Source: Bacteroidales bacterium (GTDB lineage Bacteria > Bacteroidota > Bacteroidia > Bacteroidales > GCA-2748055). From it: 59,828 bases of DNA. Positions 50,253 to 59,817 of this stretch are shown here, piece after piece (positions within the stretch are counted from its first letter, which is position 1; every line of letters begins with the position of its first letter). Below the pieces are notes generated by a model that saw nothing but the letters and a program-made list of their open reading frames with translations, made no database searches and had not been told where the DNA came from. The DNA is taken from positions 236-60,063 of the forward strand of contig JBBDIE010000194.1 of the NCBI GenBank assembly GCA_040880545.1, in the 5' to 3' direction. A program made the position numbers and the translations under genes.

Positions 50253-50286
50253 GATCAGGCATCAAAAAATATAAAAATTTCATCAT

Positions 50287-50958
50287 ATGCAAAAAATATG
50301 TTCTGCGTTGGTTCTGGTTGCTTCTTTCCTGATGGTGAACAGTACTGTAAACGCTCAGAGCCCGGTAACCATTCTGTTTAATGGTGTATTGACTGACATC
50401 GAGGACACCTCTATATCAAACGATACTGTCAATATCGATTTTACGATCATCAGTTCTGATGAAGAGCCTTTGTTTAATAAAAAGATCACCGTACCAACAA
50501 CAGCTGCGGGCGAGTTTATGGCAGATTTCACTAATCTTCCCGAACTTTTCAACAGCTCAGCTAACAGGCAACTAGTGGATATTGTCGTGGTTATGAATTC
50601 AGTTAACGGGGCTTCCTGGATGGACCAAAAAGATTTCATGGTCAAATACCACTTTGAGAAACTGGGCAATGAGGAATACAGTATTACCAGGTTCGAGGGA
50701 CAGACAATGGAACATTATGATATGCATCCGCTCTGGGATTTCAACGATGTATATCCTTTCGGATACCTCAACAGCAGATTTATGATCTCGTTCAGTACGG
50801 AGCTATCCGATCCGAACTCTATTATTGCCATCCTGGATGACATTCCTGTACCTGAAGAGGTATATGAAGAGGCTGCACCTGCACCAATGGCAGCTCCACC
50901 CCCGCCCCAACGTGGGGTCAAGGGCGGATATGCCGTAGGGGGTTACAAAAAGAAATAA
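50287..50958 (+). CDS. hypothetical secreted protein with a Pro/Ala-rich, basic C-terminus
   Basis: 223 aa with a signal peptide (VNSTVNAQ). No recognisable family. Confidence 0.6.
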   Translation: MQKICSALVLVASFLMVNSTVNAQSPVTILFNGVLTDIEDTSISNDTVNIDFTIISSDEEPLFNKKITVPTTAAGEFMADFTNLPELFNSSANRQLVDIVVVMNSVNGASWMDQKDFMVKYHFEKLGNEEYSITRFEGQTMEHYDMHPLWDFNDVYPFGYLNSRFMISFSTELSDPNSIIAILDDIPVPEEVYEEAAPAPMAAPPPPQRGVKGGYAVGGYKKK

Positions 50959-50997
50959 CCGGGAAGAAATTCAGAATTTATCTCCCGTTTTATTTAT
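50959..50997 (+). terminator. probable intrinsic terminator
   Basis: ccgggaaga...tctcccg imperfect stem followed by ttttatttat. It overlaps the 3' end of convergent floA. Confidence 0.45.
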
Positions 50998-52000
50998 CCT
51001 TATTTCCTGAATTTCGGTCGGACTTTTTACCTGTACCCTTTGAGATTGAATCCCGCATGGTGGTGTCGGCCTCAATGTTCTTGAACTTATAATAGTCCAT
51101 GATACCCAGGTTTCCGCTTCGGAATGCTTCTGCCATGGCCAATGGAATCTGCACCTCTGCCTCAATAACTTTCGCCCTTGCTTCCTGTGCTTTCGCCTTC
51201 ATCTCCTGTTCAGTTGCAACGGCCATTGCCCTACGCTCCTCAGCTTTTGCCTGGGCGATATTCTTATCCGCATTGGCCTGGTCCATCTGAAGTACTGCAC
51301 CAATATTTTTACCGATGTCAATGTCGGCAACATCAATGGAGAGTATCTCAAAGGCTGTTCCTGCATCCAGTCCTTTTTCAAGAACGATCCGGGAGATAAA
51401 ATCGGGATTTTCAAGCACCTCCTTATGAGAGATAGCGGATCCAATGGATGAAACGATCCCTTCACCTACCCTGGCAAGCACGGTTTCTTCACCTGCACCA
51501 CCTACCAGTTGTTTAATGGATGCCCGTACTGTAACCCGGGCCTTGGCTATGAGCTGAATACCATCCTTTGCCACCGCTGTAACCGGAGGTGTGTTTATTA
51601 CTTTAGGATTTACCGACATCTGTACCGCTTCCAGAACATCCCTACCTGCCAGGTCAATGGCTGTAGCCATGTTGTATCCGAGGTCAATATTTGCCTTATT
51701 GGCAGAAACAAGTGCATGAACCACCTGTTCCACATGCCCCCCTGCAAGGTAATGTGCCTCGAGCTCATCGCGCTTAATCACATCCAGCCCGGCTTTATGT
51801 GCTTCGATCATCGACCGGACGATGACAGTGGGTGGCACCTTCCTCCAGCGCATAAGGATCAGCTGCAGTAGCGATATCCTTACACCCGACAGGAGTGCGG
51901 TAAACCAAAGCCCGATTGGTATAAAATAGAGAATGATCCATAGGCCAATGATACTGGCCACGACAATAATGATCCATGAAAAAGAAAAATCAGCTTCCAT
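50990..52000 (-). CDS. floA: flotillin-like protein FloA (UPF0365/SPFH family)
   Basis: 336 aa with an N-terminal TM hairpin, an SPFH domain and an Ala/Glu-rich coiled region ([14 protein letters not shown]), as in YqfA/FloA. Confidence 0.88.
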   Translation of the reverse strand: MEADFSFSWIIIVVASIIGLWIILYFIPIGLWFTALLSGVRISLLQLILMRWRKVPPTVIVRSMIEAHKAGLDVIKRDELEAHYLAGGHVEQVVHALVSANKANIDLGYNMATAIDLAGRDVLEAVQMSVNPKVINTPPVTAVAKDGIQLIAKARVTVRASIKQLVGGAGEETVLARVGEGIVSSIGSAISHKEVLENPDFISRIVLEKGLDAGTAFEILSIDVADIDIGKNIGAVLQMDQANADKNIAQAKAEERRAMAVATEQEMKAKAQEARAKVIEAEVQIPLAMAEAFRSGNLGIMDYYKFKNIEADTTMRDSISKGTGKKSDRNSGNKDK

Positions 52001-52007
52001 AATTTAT

Positions 52008-52472
52008 TTATTTTTTTGATTTTACAGTTATATGCGTTCCTTCTATCGCTACTATTTCTACTTTGGTATGTTCATCAATATATCCTTCAATTGATCTTGC
52101 TTCCCGGACCATTTCATTGACCATGATCTTTCCCATGGGAGCCAGCCTGGTAACCGTTTCTCCCTCATCCCCCTGCTTGATACCATCGATAAGCAACGAC
52201 TCACCGACGCTTCCCATTACATTTGTGTTAAGCATAAACCTGCGCCAGGTCCTTGCCCGGAGCGAAAAGGCAATCACGAAAACACTTAACAGGATCGTAC
52301 CGATGAGAACCCAGATCCCTGTAACCGTTCCGTAATCCTCAAAAGCTTTGTATACACCCAGTACCGTAAGCACCAACCCGCCAATCCCAGCCACGGTAAT
52401 GCCTGGCACTAACAGGAATTCTATCACAAATAAAAGAATCCCAAGGACGATCAACAAGATTATTCCAGTCAT
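52008..52472 (-). CDS. NfeD-family membrane protein
   Basis: 154 aa with three TM segments plus a C-terminal OB-fold. It lies 7 nt upstream of floA. Confidence 0.85.
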   Translation of the reverse strand: MTGIILLIVLGILLFVIEFLLVPGITVAGIGGLVLTVLGVYKAFEDYGTVTGIWVLIGTILLSVFVIAFSLRARTWRRFMLNTNVMGSVGESLLIDGIKQGDEGETVTRLAPMGKIMVNEMVREARSIEGYIDEHTKVEIVAIEGTHITVKSKK

Positions 52473-52483
52473 TTGTATTATGT

Positions 52484-52765
52484 CTATTCAATTGTAACAG
52501 TCAGCCCACGAGCCGCCAACTCCTTCCGAATCATCTTCAACTCACCAGTATTCCTGTTCAGAATCTCACATTTGCCGTTATAATGGGTGATCATTGCGCA
52601 CTGCTCAGCTTGTGTAATTGAGTGGTCACATACCTCTTCCAACACTTCCATGACATATTCTATTGAGTTAATGTCATCATTATGAAGCACTAATAAAGAT
52701 CCCCTGTCAGTTTGTCCCTGCGCTGATCTTTTCTTATTCGGCCTGTAGGAAAAGTTACTATCCAT
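52484..52765 (-). CDS. clpS: ATP-dependent Clp protease adaptor ClpS
   Basis: 93 aa with VLHNDDINSIEYVMEVL...QAEQCAMITHYNGKCEI, typical of ClpS. Confidence 0.88.
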   Translation of the reverse strand: MDSNFSYRPNKKRSAQGQTDRGSLLVLHNDDINSIEYVMEVLEEVCDHSITQAEQCAMITHYNGKCEILNRNTGELKMIRKELAARGLTVTIE

Positions 52766-52904
52766 CGTAGTTGTAATCTATCCAAATATATGAAAAGAAA
52801 TCATAATCCTTTTAACCGAACCATATGTTTTCTTGCATCAGGTATAAAATAGCAGATTTACCGATGGGATGACAATTACTTATACAGGAAAGCATGGATG
52901 ATAA

Positions 52905-54953
52905 CTATTTTTCAAGCTTCCTCGCTTTGTCAATTGACATGGAATTGCCGTTGTACCATGCAACCACGAAAGCGTCATTATAACCTGCTCCACGTACCTT
53001 TGCCAGAGCCTTTTGCACATCTTCATACCTGTTGAACTGTCCGACAAAGTACTTGGTAAGGTTACGCTCCGGGATTATCTCTCCAGTGATCGGCATCAAC
53101 CCTCCAAATGTCGCGGGTTCCACCAGTCTGGAATAGACTCCCAACTGAATACGGTAGAAAGTACCTCCAGGCAGCGCGGTATTAATGGGAATGGGATCCG
53201 AAGTGGTATAGGGAGAGAAATCCAGAATCTCAAAATTATTAAAGATGTCTGAACCCTGAACCAGTTTGTCCTCCTGGACACGTGCTTCAGAATACGCTTC
53301 CTGCTTCACCGGTTTTGCATCATTCTCCTGACTGGCTACTTCAACGCTTGACCCAGGTGTCTGAAATGCTGTTTGTGCCTTTTTACTGATGGAATCGACT
53401 TCGGTATATTTGTAAACGGTGATGTCGTTGATCTCCTTATCCTTCTCAATAGTACCTGGTATAGCATCAGATAACTTCTCTTTTTCATATTTAGAAACCT
53501 GTGCAAAATACCTGTCGGCCGCATCCTTCTCTTCAGCCGCCTTCTTATCCCATACAAGGATCTGCTTCTGGTACAACCAGCGGTCATTGGGGTCATCAGA
53601 CTCCCTTACTTTCATACGTGCTGTCGTGGCCAGCTCAACCAGGGAATCTGACGCCGACTGGTGCTTTAAGGCATTGGAAATGAGTGATTGATAATCTGCA
53701 TCTACAACTTCCGGTTTCTTCCCGGACACGGTTGTGTTCTGTTGCACTGATCCTGTTTTAGCGGAGACTTGCCGCTTAGCATCTTCACTTTTAGCAGATG
53801 CACGGTACATCTCAAATTCACCCAGTGCTTCACTTGCCACATCTCCCAGATTCGCAATTTGCTGTATCTGCGAAGGTGAATACCTTGCAAGGGACTTCTT
53901 GGGTTCACTCAAATGAACCCTGTAAACAGCAACCGTTGAGTCAGTTGCCTGCCTGGCCGAAAAGAAAATCACCTTTCCAAGATCGGTGCCCGGCAATAAC
54001 AGGTAATCATCGAATACTGAATTTACCGGAAAACCAAGATGTACGGGCTCCGACCAGGCTTTTCTGTTTTCATCATAATGCGCCTTGAAAAGATCGAATC
54101 CACCCAAACCTTCCCTGCCATCTGAAGCAAAATAAATATCTTTTCCCACCGGATCATAATAAGGCAGAATCTCGTCCCCATCACTGTTTAAATCATTCAC
54201 AGCCTCTACATCTATCAGTTTTCCGTTGGCTCCCTTCCTGGCCTGCATAATCTGGAATCCGCCTTTTCCCCGCTTGTCAAGCCCTGAAAAATAAACATAC
54301 TCACCCCTGTGTAAATTCTCAGGAATAAACATCAGGCTGTTCAGATCATCTCTCTCCTCCTCTTCACGAAACAGATCTTCAGGTTTTAATGACAATGTTC
54401 CTCCCTTCATTTTAATCTGGCCAAATTGTTCAGGATCCTGAAAATTCATAAATGTAACATTGATTACCTCGTATGGATTAAAAGAGGATGTAAACTTCAT
54501 TGCACTGTTAATGGAACGGATCAGAAACTTAGAATCTCTCTCCTTTGTCATGCTTCGCGGGGCCACCCTGTCAAATTCAAGATAATATTCCCTGGCTTTT
54601 TTAAAGTCATACATCTTCCTGTGCGCCTCTCCCATGTAATATAAAACATCTACCGGAACACCCCTGGATGCAGCAAAGTAAAGCAACTCCACAGCCCCCT
54701 TCAGATCGTCATTCTGCTCAACCTTACATATTCCCCTGTAATACCGGTAAAGGGGATCCCCGGGGAACCTGTCAGACAATTTATTGAAATAATATTCGGC
54801 TGCAGCAAAATCCCCAACTTCAAATTTTTCCATTGCCTGCTTCCTGATCCCAGGAACCTCATGCTCCTGGATTTGTCCAATTACCCCGTTTACAACAGAC
54901 CCCATAATTAATAATATGGAAAAAAAACAGTGTGTATATCGAATTCTAAACAT
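52905..54953 (-). CDS. TPR / TolB-like beta-propeller / SPOR domain protein
   Basis: 682 aa with a signal peptide, N-terminal TPR-like helices, PD40-like repeats, a charged linker and a C-terminal SPOR domain (FYRIQLGVYSR...GYNDAFVVAWYNG). Confidence 0.75.
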   Translation of the reverse strand: MFRIRYTHCFFSILLIMGSVVNGVIGQIQEHEVPGIRKQAMEKFEVGDFAAAEYYFNKLSDRFPGDPLYRYYRGICKVEQNDDLKGAVELLYFAASRGVPVDVLYYMGEAHRKMYDFKKAREYYLEFDRVAPRSMTKERDSKFLIRSINSAMKFTSSFNPYEVINVTFMNFQDPEQFGQIKMKGGTLSLKPEDLFREEEERDDLNSLMFIPENLHRGEYVYFSGLDKRGKGGFQIMQARKGANGKLIDVEAVNDLNSDGDEILPYYDPVGKDIYFASDGREGLGGFDLFKAHYDENRKAWSEPVHLGFPVNSVFDDYLLLPGTDLGKVIFFSARQATDSTVAVYRVHLSEPKKSLARYSPSQIQQIANLGDVASEALGEFEMYRASAKSEDAKRQVSAKTGSVQQNTTVSGKKPEVVDADYQSLISNALKHQSASDSLVELATTARMKVRESDDPNDRWLYQKQILVWDKKAAEEKDAADRYFAQVSKYEKEKLSDAIPGTIEKDKEINDITVYKYTEVDSISKKAQTAFQTPGSSVEVASQENDAKPVKQEAYSEARVQEDKLVQGSDIFNNFEILDFSPYTTSDPIPINTALPGGTFYRIQLGVYSRLVEPATFGGLMPITGEIIPERNLTKYFVGQFNRYEDVQKALAKVRGAGYNDAFVVAWYNGNSMSIDKARKLEK

Positions 54954-55114
54954 AATCTTTGATTAAACGTTTTACCGGTTGTGATACCGATTTTCAGAAT
55001 GATCAAAAATACAAATTTATATTCATTCTGTTCTCAGTAAATTGTTAATAAACTCTCGGCTAAACAACCCATGATTAAACTGAAACTTCTTAATTTTACA
55101 AAACAGATATTACT

Positions 55115-55570
55115 ATGATTGAATTAAAAATTGGTGATCCGGCACCTTCATTTTCAGCTCCGGATCAGGATAGCAATGTGGTCTCACTGGATCAGTTCAA
55201 TGGTAAGAAACTCGTATTATACTTTTATCCGAAGGACGATACACCGGGATGCACAGCTGAGGCATGCGACCTAAGGGACAATTACGAAAAATTCATTTCA
55301 GAAGGTTATGAGATACTTGGCATGAGTCCCGACAACCAGGCTTCTCATCAAAAATTTATACGTAAACACAACCTGCCTTTCAGGCTTCTTTCCGATGTTG
55401 ATAAAAATATACTGAAGGCATATAACGCGTGGGGCGAAAAGAAAATGTATGGTAAAAGCTATATGGGGGTGTTGCGCAAGACATATGTCATTTCTGAAAA
55501 TGGCATCATTGAAAATATTATAGACAAAGTTGAAACAAAACAACATTCAAAACAGATATTTGAAGGTTAG
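55115..55570 (+). CDS. bcp: thiol peroxidase Bcp (peroxiredoxin)
   Basis: YFYPKDDTPGCTAEAC active-site motif; 151 aa. Confidence 0.92.
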   Translation: MIELKIGDPAPSFSAPDQDSNVVSLDQFNGKKLVLYFYPKDDTPGCTAEACDLRDNYEKFISEGYEILGMSPDNQASHQKFIRKHNLPFRLLSDVDKNILKAYNAWGEKKMYGKSYMGVLRKTYVISENGIIENIIDKVETKQHSKQIFEG

Positions 55571-55594
55571 ATCACATTAACAGGTAAAAACACC

Positions 55595-56602
55595 ATGAGT
55601 AATCAGAAAAATGATAACCAGGAAAAATTAAAAGCCTTGCAGCTTACATTGGACAAAATTGAAAAGGGTTATGGCAGGGGTACCATCATGAAAATGGGAG
55701 ATTCTGCAATAGTAGACATACCTGTTATTGAAAGCGGTTCAATAGGACTCGATGTGGCACTCGGCATTGGGGGATATCCCAAGGGTAGGATTATTGAGAT
55801 CTACGGACCGGAATCTTCAGGGAAAACCACCCTGGCCATACATGCTATTGCAGAAGCACAGAAAAAAGGAGGTATCGCTGCATTTATCGATGCAGAACAT
55901 GCTTTCGACCGCTTCTATGCCCAGAAACTAGGTGTGGATATTGAGAACCTGTATATCTCCCAGCCAGACAATGGCGAACAGGCACTGGAGATTACCGACC
56001 ACCTGATCAGGTCGGGGGCCATCGACATTATTGTGATAGATTCGGTAGCGGCACTTACTCCCAAGGCAGAAATCGAAGGCGAGATGGGTGAATCGAAGAT
56101 GGGGCTGCAGGCCAGGCTCATGTCTCAGGCACTCAGGAAACTGGCCGCTAATATAAGCAAAACAAATACCACCTGCATGTTTATCAACCAGCTGAGAGAA
56201 AAGATCGGCGTTATGTTTGGTAACCCCGAAACTACAACAGGAGGTAATGCACTTAAGTTTTACGCATCTGTCAGACTCGATATTCGCCGGATAGGACAGC
56301 TGAAAGACGGGGAAGACATCCAGGGTAACAGGTCCAGGGTTAAAGTTGTAAAAAATAAACTTGCACCTCCCTTCAGAAAAGCGGAATTTGACATCATGTA
56401 TGGCCTGGGAATCTCAAAAACTGGTGAACTGATTGATCTTGGCGTGGAACTCGATATAATGAAAAAGAGCGGTTCCTGGTTCAGCTACGGTGAAACCCGC
56501 CTGGGACAGGGTCGGGATGCGGTAAAGCTGCTGTTGCGCGACAATCCTGAATTATCGGAAGAACTGGAAGCAAAGATTAAGGCGGCAATGAAACCAGCTT
56601 GA
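55595..56602 (+). CDS. recA: recombinase RecA
   Basis: Walker [11 protein letters not shown]1/L2 loop regions, [37 protein letters not shown]. Confidence 0.97.
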   Translation: MSNQKNDNQEKLKALQLTLDKIEKGYGRGTIMKMGDSAIVDIPVIESGSIGLDVALGIGGYPKGRIIEIYGPESSGKTTLAIHAIAEAQKKGGIAAFIDAEHAFDRFYAQKLGVDIENLYISQPDNGEQALEITDHLIRSGAIDIIVIDSVAALTPKAEIEGEMGESKMGLQARLMSQALRKLAANISKTNTTCMFINQLREKIGVMFGNPETTTGGNALKFYASVRLDIRRIGQLKDGEDIQGNRSRVKVVKNKLAPPFRKAEFDIMYGLGISKTGELIDLGVELDIMKKSGSWFSYGETRLGQGRDAVKLLLRDNPELSEELEAKIKAAMKPA

Positions 56603-56675
56603 TTTTCATTGAATCCTGCTTGCAGAATTTACAATCTATTTCATACCTTGGCTACCGAATTGTTACAAACAGGAT

Positions 56676-57083
56676 ATGAATTTTTTACTACACTTCATAT
56701 TTATTACAGCATTTCTGCTGGTATACGTGATCGCTATTATTATCCTGAAACCCTTCCGACTTCACAGGAAACGACCGGCATCCACCATTACCCTCAAGAT
56801 CAGTTACCTGATCTACCTGGCTGCATTCATGTTACTGGCATATCTCGTTCTCTTCTTCTCCATTACCTCTGAACCCGGACAGGAAGCCTCAGAGGAAAGA
56901 TTACTCAATACATTTACAATTTTTAGTGTTTTTGCCTTTTTCATTCCCAATGTGGGAATCATGGTAAGAAGAAGTGTCAGATCATGGAGAGCCACTTATA
57001 ACTACATTTTCTCCGGTATTAACCTGCTCATTGCTGTGGGGCTGATCTATTATATTACCGATATACCCTGGCAGTTTAAGTAG
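56676..57083 (+). CDS. hypothetical membrane protein
   Basis: 135 aa with four hydrophobic helices. No family recognised. Confidence 0.55.
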   Translation: MNFLLHFIFITAFLLVYVIAIIILKPFRLHRKRPASTITLKISYLIYLAAFMLLAYLVLFFSITSEPGQEASEERLLNTFTIFSVFAFFIPNVGIMVRRSVRSWRATYNYIFSGINLLIAVGLIYYITDIPWQFK

Positions 57084-57101
57084 TGGCTGGTTGCTTCTTC
57101 A

Positions 57102-58028
57102 TTAGGTACTCCCGAAATAAAGGTCTGTTATTAGCTTGAGCTTCTCTTCCATGGGCAACAATCCATCTATCCAGTGAATCGGGATACCCCTCCTTTCCAT
57201 TCCCCTGAAATAGGTCATCTGTCGCTTGGCAAATTGATGTATCGCTGTATTCAGCTGACTGAACATATCCTCTTCCGAAAGCTCCCCCCGCAGGTAACGC
57301 GACATAAATTTATATTCCAGTCCGTAATATTCCAGCTTTTCATGGCTCACACCCTGCGCCAGCAGTGCTTCCGCTTCTTCTATCATACCCAGTTCGAGCC
57401 GCTGCTTCAACCGTTCAGAGATTCTGCTTCTACGGACATCCCTTGCATAGGCAATTCCGATGGTCAGTGAATTCAATTCCGGCATGTCAGGTTCGGAAAC
57501 ATCAGCCCGTTGCATATAATCTGCGATCTCTATGGCACGGACTGTCCGGCTCCTGGTCATCGTATCCGTTCTGTTATGCAACGGTCCGTATTGTTCAAGT
57601 ATGTTAATCAGTTCATCCTGTGCTTTGTACTCCAGCTCCAACCGGAGTTGCTCGTTTACCGGAACCCGTAACAAGGTATACTGCCGCAAGACCGACTCTA
57701 CATAGAGTCCTGAGCCACCGCACAACACCGGTAATTTTTTTCGGTTTACAAGATCTTCACAGACCGCCAGGAAATCTTTCTGAAATTCAAATACATTATA
57801 ATCAGTCCCCGGCTCCATAATATCCACCAGATGATAGGGTACCTTCTCCCCTCCTGCTTCGTAATCTTCGTAATCCTTCCCGGTTCCAATGGTCATTCCC
57901 CTGTATACCTGCCTGGAATCGGCACTGATCACCTCTCCGTTCAATGCTTGTGCCAGGTGAGCAGCAAGAGCGGTTTTTCCAGCGGCAGTGTGCCCGAGAA
58001 GCGTGATAAGATCAAATTTCGATGTCAT
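57102..58028 (-). CDS. miaA: tRNA dimethylallyltransferase
   Basis: P-loop GHTAAGKT and typical MiaA layout (DSRQVYRGMTIGT, VLCGGSGLY). Confidence 0.92.
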   Translation of the reverse strand: MTSKFDLITLLGHTAAGKTALAAHLAQALNGEVISADSRQVYRGMTIGTGKDYEDYEAGGEKVPYHLVDIMEPGTDYNVFEFQKDFLAVCEDLVNRKKLPVLCGGSGLYVESVLRQYTLLRVPVNEQLRLELEYKAQDELINILEQYGPLHNRTDTMTRSRTVRAIEIADYMQRADVSEPDMPELNSLTIGIAYARDVRRSRISERLKQRLELGMIEEAEALLAQGVSHEKLEYYGLEYKFMSRYLRGELSEEDMFSQLNTAIHQFAKRQMTYFRGMERRGIPIHWIDGLLPMEEKLKLITDLYFGST

Positions 58029-58194
58029 GTTTCAAAAGTATAACTTTTTACCTTAGCCATGCTCTGCATTACATTATTCCTTAGTAAACAATCAGGTTGA
58101 ACTTTTGCAATTCTATTATTTAGGGTCTGTCCATAATGTCCGATATACTCATGAATAGTTTATTTTCAGTGGTATTCGTGAGCTCGTAGTGCTA

Positions 58195-58225
58195 TTCCCT
58201 CCGGTCATGAGCTCCCGTTGGTCGA
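58195..58225. repeat. composite copy of the dispersed short repeats
   Basis: ttccctccggtcatgagctcc matches 26966..26985. The overlapping 14-mer ctcccgttggtcga (58212..58225) is identical to 1..14 and 114..127. Confidence 0.75.
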
Positions 58226-58544
58226 TTCACTCGGTTCTGCGTTATGCTCGTTTTTGAAGCAGTCATTTACGAATAGTAAACTCCTGGGTTTCAAAAACTA
58301 CTAAAGCCTTGTATTTGACGTTTTCTTATCAAAGACTGAAAATTACTTAGTTTTCTTGCAGTCACTATTTAACAACTAAATAATTGACATTTCGAAAATT
58401 ACGCCATAAGGCCCCCCACTTTTTTCAAGATCTTTTGCAAAAGATATTACACGAGGGTTTCATATGTTGTTCCACTTAATTTGGAAAGCTTTTATACAAT
58501 CATTTTGATATTTCTTCGTATATTTAGATATACTGTAAAAGAGA

Positions 58545-59144
58545 ATGAAACTTAAAAAACTTTTTATCAGAGGTCAAAATATTCTACTGTTACCGGTATC
58601 AGCTTTTTCAACTATTTCGGAAGAAAACCACGAAGTAGGCATGGTGAACCGAAATTATTTACTTCCGGTCACGCTCCTGGTGTCAATTTTTTCACTCATA
58701 GGCTCTGCCATTACAAATATCTCATCCCCCATCAGCCTGTTCCCCTATGTCCTTACAAATGCTGTAATTGTGTTCATGCTCATTTTTACCCATGCCTTTC
58801 TTTCAGGTAAAGCGGTAGCCCTATTGGGTCAGTATATGGCACCAGAGGGGAGATCTTCAGATTATTATGCCCTGACCCTTTATGCACAATTACCTTTTTT
58901 CCTGATACTTGCATTTGTTAAATTATTCCCTTCGCTGATCTTTTTCGTCATTATCGGTGCCTATAGCGTCTACCTCTTCAACATTGGATGCTCACAATTG
59001 ACAAAGATTCCCAAACAAAAAATTTTACAATTCACCCTCCTCTCAACCATAATCATTATCGGTAGTTTCGTGGTCTGTTCTGAACTTTATACACTGCTCT
59101 ACACCGAAATTATTGCTCAGTTTAGTACATTTGCCGGACATTAA
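58545..59144 (+). CDS. Yip1/DUF1282-like membrane protein
   Basis: 199 aa with five TM helices and a topology typical of Yip1-domain proteins. Confidence 0.55.
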   Translation: MKLKKLFIRGQNILLLPVSAFSTISEENHEVGMVNRNYLLPVTLLVSIFSLIGSAITNISSPISLFPYVLTNAVIVFMLIFTHAFLSGKAVALLGQYMAPEGRSSDYYALTLYAQLPFFLILAFVKLFPSLIFFVIIGAYSVYLFNIGCSQLTKIPKQKILQFTLLSTIIIIGSFVVCSELYTLLYTEIIAQFSTFAGH

Positions 59145-59602
59145 TGTTTATGGGCAACAGGATCAACATAAAAAACAAGAAAGCTTACCACGACTATGAA
59201 CTGATTGAACGTTTCACTGCCGGTATACAGTTGGTGGGAACTGAAATAAAATCTATCCGATTAGGAAAAGTCAGCCTGGCTGATTCCTTTTGTGTTTTTT
59301 ACAATAAAGAGCTGTTTATTAGAGGATTGCAAATCGCTGAATATGCCTGGGCCAGTTACAATAGTCATGAACCCGGAAGGGAAAGAAAGTTACTGCTCAA
59401 CAGGAAGGAACTTTATAAGCTAAGCAGGAAAGTCAAGGAATCGGGACTTACCATCGTGGTGCTACGTATCTTTATCAGTGAGAAGGGGTATGCCAAAGCT
59501 GAAATCTCACTGGCAAGGGGAAGAAAACAATATGATAAGCGGGAAGTGATCAAGCAGAAGGATTCACAGCGACAGCTTGACCGGATAAAAAAGATCCGGT
59601 AA
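59144..59602 (+). CDS. smpB: SsrA-binding protein SmpB
   Basis: NKKAYHDYELIERFTAGIQLVGTEIKSIR and a C-terminal basic tail. The start is at 59144 or 59150. Confidence 0.93.
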   Translation: MFMGNRINIKNKKAYHDYELIERFTAGIQLVGTEIKSIRLGKVSLADSFCVFYNKELFIRGLQIAEYAWASYNSHEPGRERKLLLNRKELYKLSRKVKESGLTIVVLRIFISEKGYAKAEISLARGRKQYDKREVIKQKDSQRQLDRIKKIR

Positions 59603-59604
59603 TT

Positions 59605-59817
59605 TTATTGAGAGAAGAAAAATTCGTTTACCTGTCTCAGTTCTTCCAGCGACAATTCAACTTCAAAATCGAAATAGGCATCAATTACCTTTAACAATTC
59701 ATCAAAGGAGATGTAACCATCTCCATCCCCGTCGATCTGGGCAAACTTTTCAGGTATATCAGATACACTTCTTTCCTGACTTCGACAGTTTTATTTTCTC
59801 ATTTTCTCAATGCGCAT
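59605..59817 (-). pseudogene. small EF-hand protein ORF with a premature in-frame TAA
   Basis: The minus strand reads ATG CGC ATT GAG AAA ATG AGA AAA TAA, then in the same frame NCRSQERSVSDIPEKFAQIDGDGDGYISFDELLKVIDAYFDFEVELSLEELRQVNEFFFSQ-stop. DGDGDGYISFDEL is a canonical EF-hand loop. No canonical start codon lies after the TAA. Confidence 0.45.

Noticed and set aside
49098-50286. Possible RNase P RNA, tmRNA, SRP RNA or cobalamin riboswitch in the long susC-upstream spacer. The cues were AGUCCGGG, GGUGCGCC...GGUGCA and GCCACUGG strings on the minus strand.
   Set aside because: The defining cores are absent, and the matches are short isolated strings. Missing elements include GAGGAAAGUCCGGGC with ACAGAAxCCGGCUUA for RNase P, the tRNA-like GGUUCGA...CCA end for tmRNA, GGAAGCAGCC for SRP RNA, and the full B12 box context. 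A covariance-model search is still needed.
58033-58040. TACTTTTG -7 box only 5 nt from the miaA ATG, which would imply a leaderless mRNA.
   Set aside because: A single 8-mer match in AT-rich DNA is expected by chance several times in this window. Without 5'-end data the leaderless interpretation is too speculative.
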